Assembly: GCF_009914755.1 (NCBI RefSeq)
Contig: NC_060933.1
Origin: the human T2T-CHM13v2.0 reference genome, Homo sapiens
Direction: 5' to 3' (one strand)
DNA length: 64,000 nucleotides
The notes under the pieces were generated by a model, which saw only the letters and a list, made by a program, of their open reading frames with translations, was not told the DNA's origin and did no database searches. Shown one piece after another: positions 11,395 through 24,976 of the stretch (positions within the stretch are counted from its first letter, which is position 1; every line of letters begins with the position of its first letter). A program made the translations under genes and the position numbers.

Positions 11395-13172
11395 ATCACA
11401 AATATATATGTACACATTTGGATATTTTGGAGACTTTTTACTATACCCAAGCAATGTGTTTGGAGAAATTAGTGCTCTTGGATTATATAAATTCCCGTCA
11501 CTCATTTGTAACCCATCTGTAGAGCAGTAATAATAATACTCAGTGACAATGAGGACCTCATGAGTTTCCGTAAAAGGTTTTCTCCTCATCAGTGGGCAGT
11601 AGCCCCCAGCCACCTCCTCTCTGCTGCCAACAGGGATCTGAGTGCCTTTGCCCAGGCTCAGTGCTACTCAATGCCTTAACTTTCTGTTTCCTTTCTAAAA
11701 GGTTGCTGCTTCTCTCCTGTTTATGATGACCCTGTCTCACCCATCGCTGCCATAGCATTTTATTACTGGCCCCACAGCTGAAGGGTGGCCGGGCAGATGT
11801 AGGCCTCGGGTTTGCAAAGTTGCTTCCATGATGTTTCCTGCATAAACCATCTTGGAAGGACAACTGCCAATGGTAGCATATTATCATGCCAGCGTTTTCC
11901 TGACTCTGAGCTGAAGAGTTCAAAAAACAAGAAAGAAAAGAAGAGAGAGAAAGGAAAAGGATGCCAAAAAGCAGTATCTTGCAATGGACATTTCCAGCTC
12001 CATAAATGAGGAGTTCATGTAGATATTCTGGGAACTATTGAAGTGGTCTGGGATTATCCCATCTCCCCACCTCCACCCTGACTCCCCAAGACATTTTTTT
12101 AAAACCAGGCTTCTGTTACTAATTGTTCCTTCTTAACTCACCATCCAGTGCTTTGAAGTAACTATATTAAGGCAACAGACATACTGTAAGCAAATGGCAG
12201 AGTACTGAAATACGGAACCCAAAATTATTTTCAGCTTAATACTAATCTATTTCACCCTTCACAATCTCTGGAATTTTGCTTTGACTGGGAATCAATGTTT
12301 GATGAAAAAGTCTTCCCTTCTTATGTTTGCATCTAGCAAAGGTTAGGCCTTAAATGCCCCTCCTTTTTTTCCACAGGACTTCATGTGCAAGCGCTTTGCC
12401 TTAATGAGTACTGCAGCAAATGCACAGTGAGGGACTCTTACCCAAGGTGGGAACAGCAAGCAGTGGATTGAAAGGGCTGGGACCCTGGACCCAGGCTTGT
12501 TCTTGGATCACAGGTTACCTTTGGGGCTTGAGGCCTGGGAGGGAGGATGAGACACGGGCTGTTGGTAAACTTGTCCATATCTTCAGCAATCTTTCTTGTA
12601 GAAGGTGCCTGCAAGAACCTTGCTCACCATGAGAAAACATATGTGCTGCCTCCGTGTAGTTCTTGCCTGAGTTTTAACTTCATTAACATTTTCCCCTGTT
12701 CTCTCCCACTACCCTTCCCACAAAGGCAAAGACTTAAGGTATTGATGTGTGGCTGTAGGGAGAATGCCACTGCTTTGTGTGCCACAGACGGCACTTCCCC
12801 ATCTTCAATGTGCCCACCTGGGCATCCTGTCCGCAGATTCAGATTCAGGAGGTGGAGGCAGAATCTGCATTTCTGCCTGTGCCACTGGCGCCCACCCTCA
12901 CTTACAGTGACAGGCTCTAGACTGCGTTTGGCTTCTGCCTTTTCACTCTGAACTGCTACAAGATCACCTTCCTTGCTGGCAGTACACCTCGTCTGTTGCC
13001 TTTAAGTGCCGTAAACCGCTCTGCTTCAGGCACCTCTCACATGCAGTCCCCCTCTCCTCTAGAGTGTGCTGCAATGAAGCACACAGTTGAGGGGGACATG
13101 ACCCCCATGACCCGTGAGCAGGTAGAAGCAGAATTGCTGCATGCGGGCTTCGTGTGTTCGTAAGTGCTGCCT

Positions 13173-13407
13173 AGCCGGGCATGGTGCTCATGCCTGTAAT
13201 CCCAACACTTTGGGCGGGCAGATCACTTGAGCTCAGGAGTTTGAGGCCAGCCTGGCCAACATAGTGACACCACGTCTCTACTAAAAATACAAAAATGGTG
13301 GCATGTGTCTGTAATCCCAGCTACTTGGGAGGTTGAGGCAGGAAGATCACTTGAACCCAGGAGGTGGAGGTTGCAGAGTGAAAATAATAATAATAATAAT
13401 AATAAAA
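13173..13407 (+). mobile_element. Alu (AluJb-like) with several internal deletions and an (AAT)n tail
   Basis: Both Alu arms recognisable but shortened; TSD aagtgctgcc. Confidence 0.9.
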
Positions 13408-14859
13408 GTGCTGCCAGATTGCTTTTAAACAAGCCCTGCCTCCTGTTAAAATAGTGTTGCTAAGACTGTTCACTATTATCCCAAATAAAACTTCCATAAT
13501 AGTAACAGTAATATTCAAGATAGGCAAACATGGTGGAGGGGAGGTTCCCACGGATGGCAGCCTAAGGGAAATGTCAAGGCGAGGACAGACATGGCTAATG
13601 AGGAGACTGCCTTGTGGCATATCACTTAACCACATTCTCTTGTCTCCAAGAAACCTAGAATGAAATCTGTGCTGCCTGCTACAACCTGTGGCTTTGGATT
13701 TTCTCGAGGCCCCAGAGCGTCAGGTAATATCTTGGAGCCCCACTTTTCATGTTTCAGCTCACTGGTTCCCACCTCACCTTTGAGAGGGCTATTAGCCACC
13801 CGCTTTCACAGACGAGAAAGCAAAGGCCCCGCTCCTCCCCCACTCTTATCTCTAGGCTGTACCGGCTCCCTGGGGTGGTGATAAAGTAGTGAGTTCCATT
13901 TCTGGGTGAGACTTCCCAGGGAGTCTCACCTTGTAGGAGGAAATACTTTCATAACACACAGGAGAGGAAACTGAGGCACAGAGGAATTAAAAGTCACTCA
14001 CCTCAGTCACACTCATGAGATGGAGAGGCAGTGTTGCTTGGCTCTGCAGCCCAGGTCTGGAGGCGGGGGGAGCACACTCATCACCCCTCTCATGTACCCC
14101 CTGCAGAAGTCACTTGATTGTTTTACCGAATTGCAGAACATCCATTTAACTCAGGATTCAAAATGAGAGCTCACAAGCTTTGAAAGGGCAGAAAGTGAGA
14201 CCATTTTCTGCCCCTTCCAACCTCTGCCTTCTGCTTGTGAGTCAGGCACTGCTGGTTTCATCCCACAACCTGGAACACGGGGAAGCCAACGTGCATGACG
14301 TCCATGCGCCATGGGCTCCATCCAAACTCTCCCCATTTCTTTCCACAGAGGAAGTTTTCCGAATGGCACTCTGCGTGGGAAGGAGCTTGTGCACGTGCAC
14401 GCTGCCACCATCTGCCCTCAGCGCTGATTCAGGAGGCGCTTCTCAACTATAGCCCACAGTGTGACAACTGAACGTGTCCCCTCACGTTTCCAAATACGGG
14501 GGGTGCAGGAGGCACTGCTCACTGTTGCACCCCCTGACCCACGCTGCCAGTCCTGCCCTCACTGCTGGGTGCTCACTGGGACCCTGGAAAGGTCTAGCTG
14601 AGCCTTTTAGGGCATGAGGATGTTGGGAGAATAGAGGTGGCTCCTCTGAGAAGCCTGAGAAGTGTGAGTGTATAAATGCAGGCTGAGGTCGTGTCTCCCT
14701 GGGATTGAATTCACCCAACCTCACCCTCCGTGTAGCGCAAATGCCCAGCTCCTCCAGGGAAGTGTTCATGGCCAGAGTCCCATGTTCCCTGCCATCAGCA
14801 AGGCCCTGGCGCCATTACTTACAGGATATGGCACCTCCCCCAACACCAGTGACCATCAT

Positions 14860-14925
14860 CTCTCTCCTCCTCCTCCTTCTTTCCCCTCCTTCCTTCCCCT
14901 CCTCCTCCTCCTCCTCTTCTTCTTC
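14860..14925. repeat. (CCT)n-like polypyrimidine tract
   Basis: About 65 bp of C/T only. Confidence 0.9.
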
Positions 14926-15026
14926 ACTAGATACACTTGTTATATCTCCCAATGGGACAAAAATAGTCTCATCATTATCATGTGCCTCCTTCTCCTCCCT
15001 GTCTTCCTCAGAGGTTGATACGTGAT

Positions 15027-15417
15027 TGACACGGTTTGGCTCTCCCTGAAATGGTTTGGCTGTATCCCCACCCAAATCTTACCTTGAATTATAATAATCC
15101 CCATGTATCAAGGGTGGTACCAGGTGAAGGCAACTGAATCATGGGGGGCAATTACCCCCATGCTGCTGTTCTCGTGATAATGAGTGAGTTCTCATGAGAT
15201 CTGATGATTTTATAAGCGACATTTCCCCCTTTGCTCAGCACTTCTCCTTCCTGCCACCATGTGAAGAAGGACATGTTTGCTTCCCCTTCCATCATGATTG
15301 TAAGTTTCCTGAGGCCTCCCCAGCCCTGTAGACCTGTGAGTCAATTGAACCTCTTTCCTTTATAAATTGCTCAGTCTTGGGCAGTTCTTTGTAGCAGCTT
15401 GAGAATGGACTAATACA
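15027..15417 (+). mobile_element. THE1 (THE1D-like) solo LTR
   Basis: atggtttggctgtatccccacccaaatct..catgattgtaagtttcctgaggcctcccc..ggactaataca; TSD gtgat/gtgat. Confidence 0.92.
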
Positions 15418-17394
15418 GTGATAAAATATAAATTGGAATTTTCAGTGTGCTCACACCATAAGGAAGAGAACAGTGTCATTTCTGGGTCAGAAAATGTGAC
15501 CACCATAGAATTTTCTCATATCTAGAACTGTCCGGTATTTATAGCTCAGGATGCTGGTACAACTTTCTGAGATAGAGAATTATATCCTCACATAGAAGCT
15601 GCTGTGTGGCCCTCCTTACCCTTGGTCACTCATGGTTGGGTGAACGGACCCAAAGACAGAGACCAAAAAATCAAATTCTTGGATTTTCAGTTCTGAATAG
15701 ACACTTGAAACTCAAAGGCCATGGCCTTGTAAGCCCAGACTCTAATTTGTAAAAGTTGAGGGTTTTCAGAGAAGAAAAGAACCAGGGCTCCCTGCCAGGT
15801 GTCGCACCCTGGGCCTCACGGAGGCCTCCTCTTTCATCACATGGCACAGTGACATTTCTGCTGAAAACAGAAAAGGCTTCCTTCCTAGGACCTACCGTCT
15901 CTACTCTTCCACCTTTCTTTTCTCCATTTCTTTCACCTGAAGGCTTCACCACCAAAGGTTGGAACATTTTCCTGCTATTTCATTACACTTGAGATTCCAG
16001 GCAAAGAAATTCCGAGTTCAAACAGCAAGGTAATGCCATGAATAATAAAACGTGTCAAGCTTTTCTGGCATAGGAACAAGAACGTGATATAGACACACAC
16101 TACCTAATAGAAGAGAAGGCCCAATTTCAACCACATAAAGGGTTCAAGAAGTTCTGTGTTGGTTCCTCCTTCACATAAAATAAACACTGGAGATTCCAGG
16201 GACAGAAGAGCAGGGAGCTGCAGATGCGCTGAGGATTTCATTGCCATCTAGTGTAAAACCCCGCTATGAACATTACCATCACTGATTTTTACGTTATTAA
16301 GAGATGGGCCCTTTTATTGCACTGGTGTCATGAAAACAACAAAATCCCACATGAAGTTAGGCACAACTCAGGACTGCCCTTTTGCAGAACATGGCTTTTT
16401 AGTTATAGGATTCTCCAAGGTGGTCTCACAAGTTTCTAATGAATTGGGTTGGGAAGCTACTGCTTTAGAAGGCAGAAGCAGTTTCAAGAGTGTGCTCTGG
16501 GTATAAAAGTCATGGGTGCAGAAGGATATCAGCCCCTTCCTAGGTAATTCCATCTCTGCTCACTAGTCCTGAGTCTGAGAAATTGTCATCATAAATTAGG
16601 CAGACAGGACTGCCAGAAGCCAATCCAGAACATGAATTTATAACCCAGGGCTATTGTATAGCTTCCTGTGACCTCTTACACGGAGCCTCCCTCTGTCTTC
16701 AGGATCAGGCCAACCTTAGAATCTCTGACTACTAGAGGCTTGACTTGCAGTGAAACCCGTCCTAATTGATGAAGATCCTGTATCGAGTTAGAGAAATGGA
16801 AGAAACGACGCGGGGGTCTGGTTTGCCAGCCAACAGCTGTGGCTTAAATCTGAGTCCTTTGGAAAGAAAGGAAGGCATTCCTTTTATTTCTAATATGGCT
16901 AAGGTGGTGAGTGAATAACTGGATTGAATAATTGATGCTATATAAAAGCTGGACTGCAATCGTTTTAGCCCTACCTGGGCTGGGCTGATCTGTCTTTCAT
17001 GCGATGGTGCTTACAACTTAATAGCCCAGACCTGGGGAATGTTCTGTCTGACAATTATGTAATTACTATTGGGACTGTGGGCTAATACCACACCCTGTGG
17101 ATGGTTCCATAAGGAATAGATATGGTCACTGCCCTGGGAAGCGGGAGGTTCTAGTATGAGAAACGGGGGGTCTGGAAGTGGAGCTTAGAGATGGGATTAT
17201 GTGCTTCCTCCTCCCCGGAGCCTCAGGGTCATTTCTGCCCAGAGTTTGCAGTGCAGCAATGCTCAGAGCACTTCCCACAGCAGGAAGAGAGCGCTCCTGG
17301 TGAGGACTCCTAGAAGGGGCTGGACTATGCATTTCCTGTGAATTCTCCTCTGTGCCGTATTTCCATCCTGCGCTTCTCAAACTTCAGCCTATTC

Positions 17395-17694
17395 TTTTTT
17401 TTTTTTTTTTGAGGCGGAGTGTCGCTCTGTTGCCCGGGCTGGAGTGCAGTGGCGCTATCTCAGAGGCTCACTGCAAGCTCCGCCTCCTGGGTTCACACCA
17501 TTCTCCTGCCTCAGCCTCCCGAGTAGCTGGGACTAAAGGTGCCCGCCACCACGCCCGGCTAATTTTTTGTATTTTTAGTAGAGACGGGGTTTCACAGTGT
17601 CAGCCAGGATGGTCTCAATCTCCTGACCTTGTGATCCGCCCGCCTCGGCCTCCAAAAGTGCTGGGATTACAGGCGTGAGCCACCGCGCCTGGCC
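17395..17694 (-). mobile_element. AluY
   Basis: gcaagctccgcctcc..ttcacaccattct diagnostic, CpG-rich; 17-bp TSD aaacttcagcctattct. Confidence 0.95.
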
Positions 17695-17731
17695 AAACTT
17701 CAGCCTATTCTTATAAAAAGATACAGTCCGA

Positions 17732-18035
17732 GGTGGGGCACGGTGGCTCACACCTGTAATTCCAGCACTTTGGGAGGCCAAGGCAGGAGGACCGCTTGAG
17801 GCTAGGAGTTCAATACTAGCCTGGCTGACATAGGAAGACCCCATCTCTAAAAAAATAAATAAATAAGCAAATTAGCCAGACATTGTGGTGCACGCCTGTG
17901 GTCCCTGATACTTCAGAGGCTGAGGTGGGAGAATCACTTGAGCCCAGGAGGCCAAGGCTGCAGTGAGCAGGGTCACGCCACTGCACTCCAGCATAGGTGA
18001 TAGCAAGATTCTGCCTCAAAAACAAATGAAACAAA
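17732..18035 (+). mobile_element. AluJ
   Basis: cttgaggctaggagtt and gagcccaggaggccaaggctgcagtgagc (J-type). Confidence 0.9.
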
Positions 18036-18399
18036 GGGTACAGTCTGGTGTCTGCTATGATAGAGAATTGACAAAGGGGCTGGTCAGTGACACAGAGGAG
18101 AGCAAAGTGCCTCACTGGGAACATGCCGTTGCTGGGGATAGTGATGCCCACTGGTCAGTGTTTCAAGGGCCACCAGCAGCAGCAGTGCACAGGCACCCAT
18201 TGCTAAGGAGACCTGTACTCTGCCCTGCCCAGGAAGTTCTTCATCTCTGTGTGCATGCAGCTTAGTTCCTGCTCCTTCAGCCAAGCTAACGCGGAAGCCC
18301 TAGAGCATCTGGACCAAGCAAGGAAGCCGGCAGGAGCCTCTGCACTGCCTATGAATTTGACCAACGGGACTTGGGGTAGTTTTACATTTAGTATCACAT

Positions 18400-18570
18400 C
18401 TCCTAACATTCATTCTTCCCTTCTTTCTTTAGCAACAGAACCCCTGAAATTTACCTGGCTGTGTAGCTGCCCAAAATAAAGACTTTCCTTTCCCACCACC
18501 CCTGCAGCTCCATGTGGTGTGTGGGCAAATCCTGGCTGATGGGATGTGGGTAGAAGAGACGTGTGCTCAG
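18400..18570 (+). mobile_element. Old MLT1 (J/K-like) LTR fragment
   Basis: cccttctttctttagcaacagaacccc..gctgcccaaaataaagact..ctggctgatgggatgtgggtagaag. Confidence 0.45.
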
Positions 18571-20798
18571 GAAGATGGCCCACGCAGGGAAGGAGCAGGT
18601 CTTGCGCTCCTCTCCATCCCACTTGCCAGAAAATTGCTGCAGTGGACACTGTGGCACTATAGGTTCTGTGGACGCCACGGGCATGGTGGTGAGCACCTTC
18701 AGCTGCATGGAAGAGGTGTCATTTCAGGGCGGTTCTGCACACAATCTGCCCTGCACACAGGAGCTACTGTATGAACCTCGCTCCCAGTGTGTGAGGAGAG
18801 AAGGACAGAAATTGGGTCAGCTTTGATAAACTTTCATAGTACCTTGATATTGCCTTGACCTTCAAGCACATGATCTGTGGACCCACCTCAATATATTGAC
18901 CAGGCCTGGGCATGAGTCAGGCACTTTTTAAGCCCAATAAAGCTACATAGGGGTCTGAGATCGATTGGAAATTTAAATGATACTAGAAATAATGACAGTC
19001 GTACTCCAGATTGTGTGAGAAACACATCTGTAAGGGACGGCAGAGTCACGGAGAAAAGGAGGCAGGGCCTGGGTACCATGGAACCAGCCGAACAGCCCCA
19101 CCACGAATCCTCCTACCTTTAGAGAAGAGAGAAACTCTTCCCTGGTTTAAGCTGTCATATTTGGGGGCCCATTTGTTTCTCAGCCTAAGCTGTACCCCGT
19201 CGGGTGTGCCTATATGTGAATAGCGTGTGGGCTCAGCTGATGGACCAGACATTCCATGTACTGGCGCATAACATTCTGACTCGCGTGCAGTAAGAACAAA
19301 AGGAAATACAGCCCAATTTGGTAAAATTCTCTCACAGCCTGGAAAAGAGCATCCCGAACAGTGGAGAGGAAGAGGGAGTGAGGCCCTGTGGACACAGCAG
19401 AGGTAATGAGAGAGGAGTGCTTGGTGGATGGGGATTGGATGGAGGCTTTCCATGGGCACCGATGAGCCATCCCCATGGCATTCCCAGAAACGGGTGGGGA
19501 TGGACTTTGCAAAGAGAAGGGTTTCTTATGTAAATAGGTTGAAAGATATGGTCTTGGGGGCTAGAAGAGGGGCTACCATGTGACTATAAAGACTTTTAAT
19601 ATTTGGACTCTACCTTCCAGGAATCCACAATGGATTTGCAGCAGGCTGGTGGAGGCAGAGCAGAGAAGGGCGGGAGAGGGCCAGCGAAGGCCTGGGAAGG
19701 TGGACCCACAAACTCGTCTCCTAATGAAGCTAACCAGCAATGCGAGGGCACACAGGGAGACCCCCTAGAGGCTGCCCCAGGCCAGGAGTCACCTGTGAAC
19801 TGAGGTGGCCAAGGCAGGTTCTGTGGCAGAGGGTGAATGCCTGCAGATGAGAACCAGCCGCGGTGCCCAGAAAGGAACAGTGTGCGGGTGAGGCGGGCTC
19901 TCCACTTTGCTGTATCCTCCCCAGGCCCCCACCCCCAGCACGTGGGCAGTGAGGTGGGGAATCCTGCCCACAGCACAGAAAATGCTCTAAACAGAATCAG
20001 CTTGCAAGCAAATCAGTGACATGTCCAGATGCAGGGCTGGGGGTCCCGAGACAGGCTAACACCCAACAGCAACCTGATTCATACTCAAAATAGTGACAAA
20101 CAGGCTCCTGTCTGCAAGGCTCCTCAGTGAGGCTGGGGGAGGGGTGCGTGGCTTCAGCAGGGGGAACAGGAAGTGCCTTCCAGTCCAAGTGTGTTTGAGG
20201 TTTGTGCATTATTTGGCACAATGATGGCTGGGAATTTGTTTGTTACATTTAAGTAGAGCTTTTTATGTTTGAATCGAAAGCACACAAAAAAGCCCATTGT
20301 AGAAAATCAGGCTCTATTATGACATAAATGTGCATTATATAAAGCAAAACGAAAAGGGGAAAAAAAGAAAGGGTTTTAAAGAACAAATAAACCACAGAGC
20401 TTATAGATTATGGGAGAGTCTGAGGGTAACGGGAAAGGGTCCAACATGCTCTTCTGTTCTCTGCCAGGCCTGACGGGAGCCCCCATCAATACAACCAGCT
20501 CCTGCTCAGAACTCTCTTCAGGCAGACAAATAGAAGATATGTTTCTACTTCCCCAGGCCTCAGCACCATGACTATTCTAGTCCCAGTGGATACCCTGCTT
20601 CAGGTTTTATGCAGCTGAGTTGAAAAAGAATAACAGAATAGGAGGAAAACAAGGGGAAGAAGGTAGGTGGGACGCCCCAAATCATCTTGAGTGCACTCCA
20701 TAAAAGAAAGAGGCATTAAAGCAGCCCCCTCTCCTATCTCAAGCCATCCTTCAACTTATAGGGACTTTGCACATAGTTGCTGCAGGTTGGCCTGCCTC

Positions 20799-21349
20799 TG
20801 TCAGAGGTGTTTAAACCAGATTGACTCTCTCTTGTATAGGGGCTGGGTAAAATGAGGCTGAGACCTACTGGGCTGCATTCTCAGGAGATTAGGCATTCTA
20901 AGTCACAGGATGAGATAGGAGGTCGGCACAAGATACAGATCACAAAGACCTTGCTGATAAAACAGGTTGCAGTAAAGAAGCCGGCCAAAACCCACCAAAA
21001 CCAAGATGGTGACGAGAGTGACTCTGGTCGTCCTCACTGCTACACTCCCATCAGCGCCATGACAGTTTACAGATGCCATAGCAACGTCTGGAAGTTACCT
21101 GTACGGTCTATAAAGGGGAGGCATGAATAATCCACCCCTTGTTTAGCATATCATCAAGAAATAACCATAAAAATGGGCAACCAGGAGCCCTTGGGGCTCC
21201 TCTGCCTATGGAGTGGCCATTCTTTTATTCCTTTACTTTCTCAATAAACTTGCTTTCACTTTATTCTATGGACTCGCCCCGAATTCTTTCTTGTGAGAGA
21301 TCCAAGAACCCTCTATTGGGGTGTGGATCAGGACCCCTTTCCAGTAACA
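20799..21349 (+). mobile_element. MER41A solo LTR (ERV1)
   Basis: TG..CA ends (tgtcagaggtgtttaaaccaga ... cccctttccagtaaca), about 550 bp, aataaa at about 21243; lacks the GAS-containing block of MER41B. Confidence 0.9.
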
Positions 21350-21479
21350 CCCCTATTGTGAGAAGATGCCTTAAATGGCTGGAGTTCTGGTGCTGAGCTG
21401 TGTTTTCACTCTGGGTAGTTTGTTGTTAGCTTTTTTAACAGCTTAATTGAGATATAGGTAAGATATAGTTCACTAGTTA

Positions 21480-22206
<727 letters not shown>

Positions 22207-22431
22207 GATGCCCTCCAATGCCCACATATGGTACAATTCACTCATTTCAAGTGTACAATTCAGGGGGCTTAAGTATATTCACAGATATGTGTATCTGTGA
22301 ACAGAAGCATGTATCATCACAGTCAATTTCAGAACATTTTAATCACCTCAAAAAGAACTCGAAACTCTTTAACCATGACCTCCAGCACTCCCAGTCCCCA
22401 ATTCTAGGCAGCCATTAATCTACAAAATTGT

Positions 22432-22525
22432 AAAGCCAGTCAGATTTAAGAGCAGGGGATAGTAGACCAGCTTCAGTGGCACTAATGTTAATAAGTTCTG
22501 ATAACCTACTACCATCGGACCAGCC
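22432..22525 (-). pseudogene. Y RNA (hY4) retro-pseudogene, full length
   Basis: Reverse complement reads ggctggtccgatggtagtaggttatcagaacttattaacattagtgccactgaagctggtctactatcccctgctcttaaatctgactggcttt, colinear with human RNY4 (near-identical 5' half, more diverged 3' half). Confidence 0.93.
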
Positions 22526-22604
22526 TCTAATCTTTATTATTTTCTTTTTCTGCTTCTTGTAGGTTTAGCTCTTCTTTCTCTAATGTTGGAAGGTGGAAGT
22601 TTAG

Positions 22605-23104
<500 letters not shown>

Positions 23105-24976
23105 TCTTTCTTAATATAGGCATTACAGCTATAAAGTTCCCTCTAAGCACTGCTTTCACTGAATACCAAAAGTTATGGTATATTGTGTCTTGATTTTCAT
23201 TCATCTCAGACTCTTTTCAGATTTCCCTTTTGACTTCTTTGACCTGCTGGTTATTTGGGAGCGTGTTGTTTTATTTCCACTTATCTACGAGTTTCCCAAA
23301 TTCTTTCTACTCTCTACTTTGATTTCTACTTTCATTTCACTGCAGTCACAGGACATACTTTTGTATTATTTCGGTCTTCTAAATTTACTTGTTTGTTTTA
23401 TGGCCTAGCACATGGCCTATCATGGAAACCATGCCATGTGCATTTGAGAAGAATGCAGATTCTGTTGTTGTTTGGTGGAGCGTTCTATAGATATCTGTTA
23501 GGTATCATTTGTTTATAGTGTTGTTTAGGTCCTTTATTTCTTTGTTGATCATTTGTCTAGTTGTTCTATCCCTTATTGAAATTGGGGTATTAAAGTCTAC
23601 AATTATTATTGTTGAATTGGCTATTTCTCCCTTCATTTCTTTCTGTTTTTCCTTCATGAATTTTAGTACATTATTAAGTGGATTTATGTTCATAATTGTT
23701 ATATCTTCCTGATGAGTTGATCTTTTATCATTATAAAATATCCTTCTTTATCTCTAATAACAGTTTTTGCTTTAGAGTCTATTTTGTCTGATATCAGTAT
23801 AGCCACTCTAGCTTTTATGTGGTGGTTGTTTGCATAATACATCTTTTTTCCTTGCTTTTATGTTCAGTCTGTTTGTATCTTTGAATCTAATGTGTGTCTC
23901 CTGTAGACAGCATATAGTTGGATCACGTCTTTTTTATTCTAGTGTGACAATTTCTTTATTTTGATTGGATTGTTCATTCACATTTTAATGTTATTATTGA
24001 TATAATTAAATTTATGTCTGACATTTTGCTTTTTATGTTCTATATGTCTCATATCTTTTTTGTTCCTCTATTCTCCCTTTACTCTTCTTTTGTATTAAGT
24101 GAATATCTTTGAATGTAGCATTTTATCTTCTTTACTGATTTGTTTCACTATATTATTTTAGTTTTTTTAATGGTTGCTCTGAGTTTACCCTATACATCTT
24201 ATCAGAATCAACTTCTGATTTATACTATTAGTAGCTTTATTCCAATGATATGTAGAAACATTATGCTTATATAGCTATATTCCCTTTTCTCCCATCTTTG
24301 TTGCAGAATCATTATTGTACATATTAGATCTATTAATGTTACAAACCCAACAATACATTTTTATAATTATTATTTTACCATCTATCTTCACTTTCTTAGT
24401 TCAATAGAGCTTTGCTTTCTCCCACCTCCTTTGTGCATTACTGGTAAATATGTATATCCTACATATTTATACATTATAGACCCCAAAATATATTATATAC
24501 ATATTATTTTATACTAACTTTTAAAATCAGTTAAGAGAAGGGAAAAAAATTTGTGTTTAAACTATCTTTTATAATTACAGAGTTACCTGTGGTGTTTGTT
24601 TGTTGCATGTGAATTCAGATTACATTTTGGGGTCATTTTTTCTCAGCCTGAAAAACTTCTTTTACTATTTTCTGTAAGGCAGGTCTGCTAGCAGCAAATT
24701 CTCTCACATTTTGTTTATCTGGGAAAGTCTGTATTTTGCCTTCATTTTTAAAAGAAAGCTTTGCTGGATATAGAATTCTTGGTTTATAGTTTTTTTTTTT
24801 TTTTTTTTTTTTTTAGAGTAATTTTTCTCTTGCTCCTTTCAAGATTTTCTCTGTATCTTTAATTCAGCATTTGTACTATGATGTGGCTGTTTAGTATCTC
24901 TTTGCTTTTATTTATCTTACTTGAAGTTTGTTGAGCTTTCTGGATGTGTAGGTTATTGCTTTTCAATAAACTTGGG

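Noticed and set aside
14668-15075. Poly-Ser/Leu/Glu ORFs
   Set aside because: They derive from the (CCT)n tract and the adjacent THE1 LTR.
17352-18151. ORFs with LECSGAIS / [12 protein letters not shown] motifs (also at many other positions)
   Set aside because: These are typical Alu translations.
23505-23693. Endonuclease-like coding sequence
   Set aside because: It is a decayed L1 ORF2 remnant with surrounding stops and frameshifts, not a gene.
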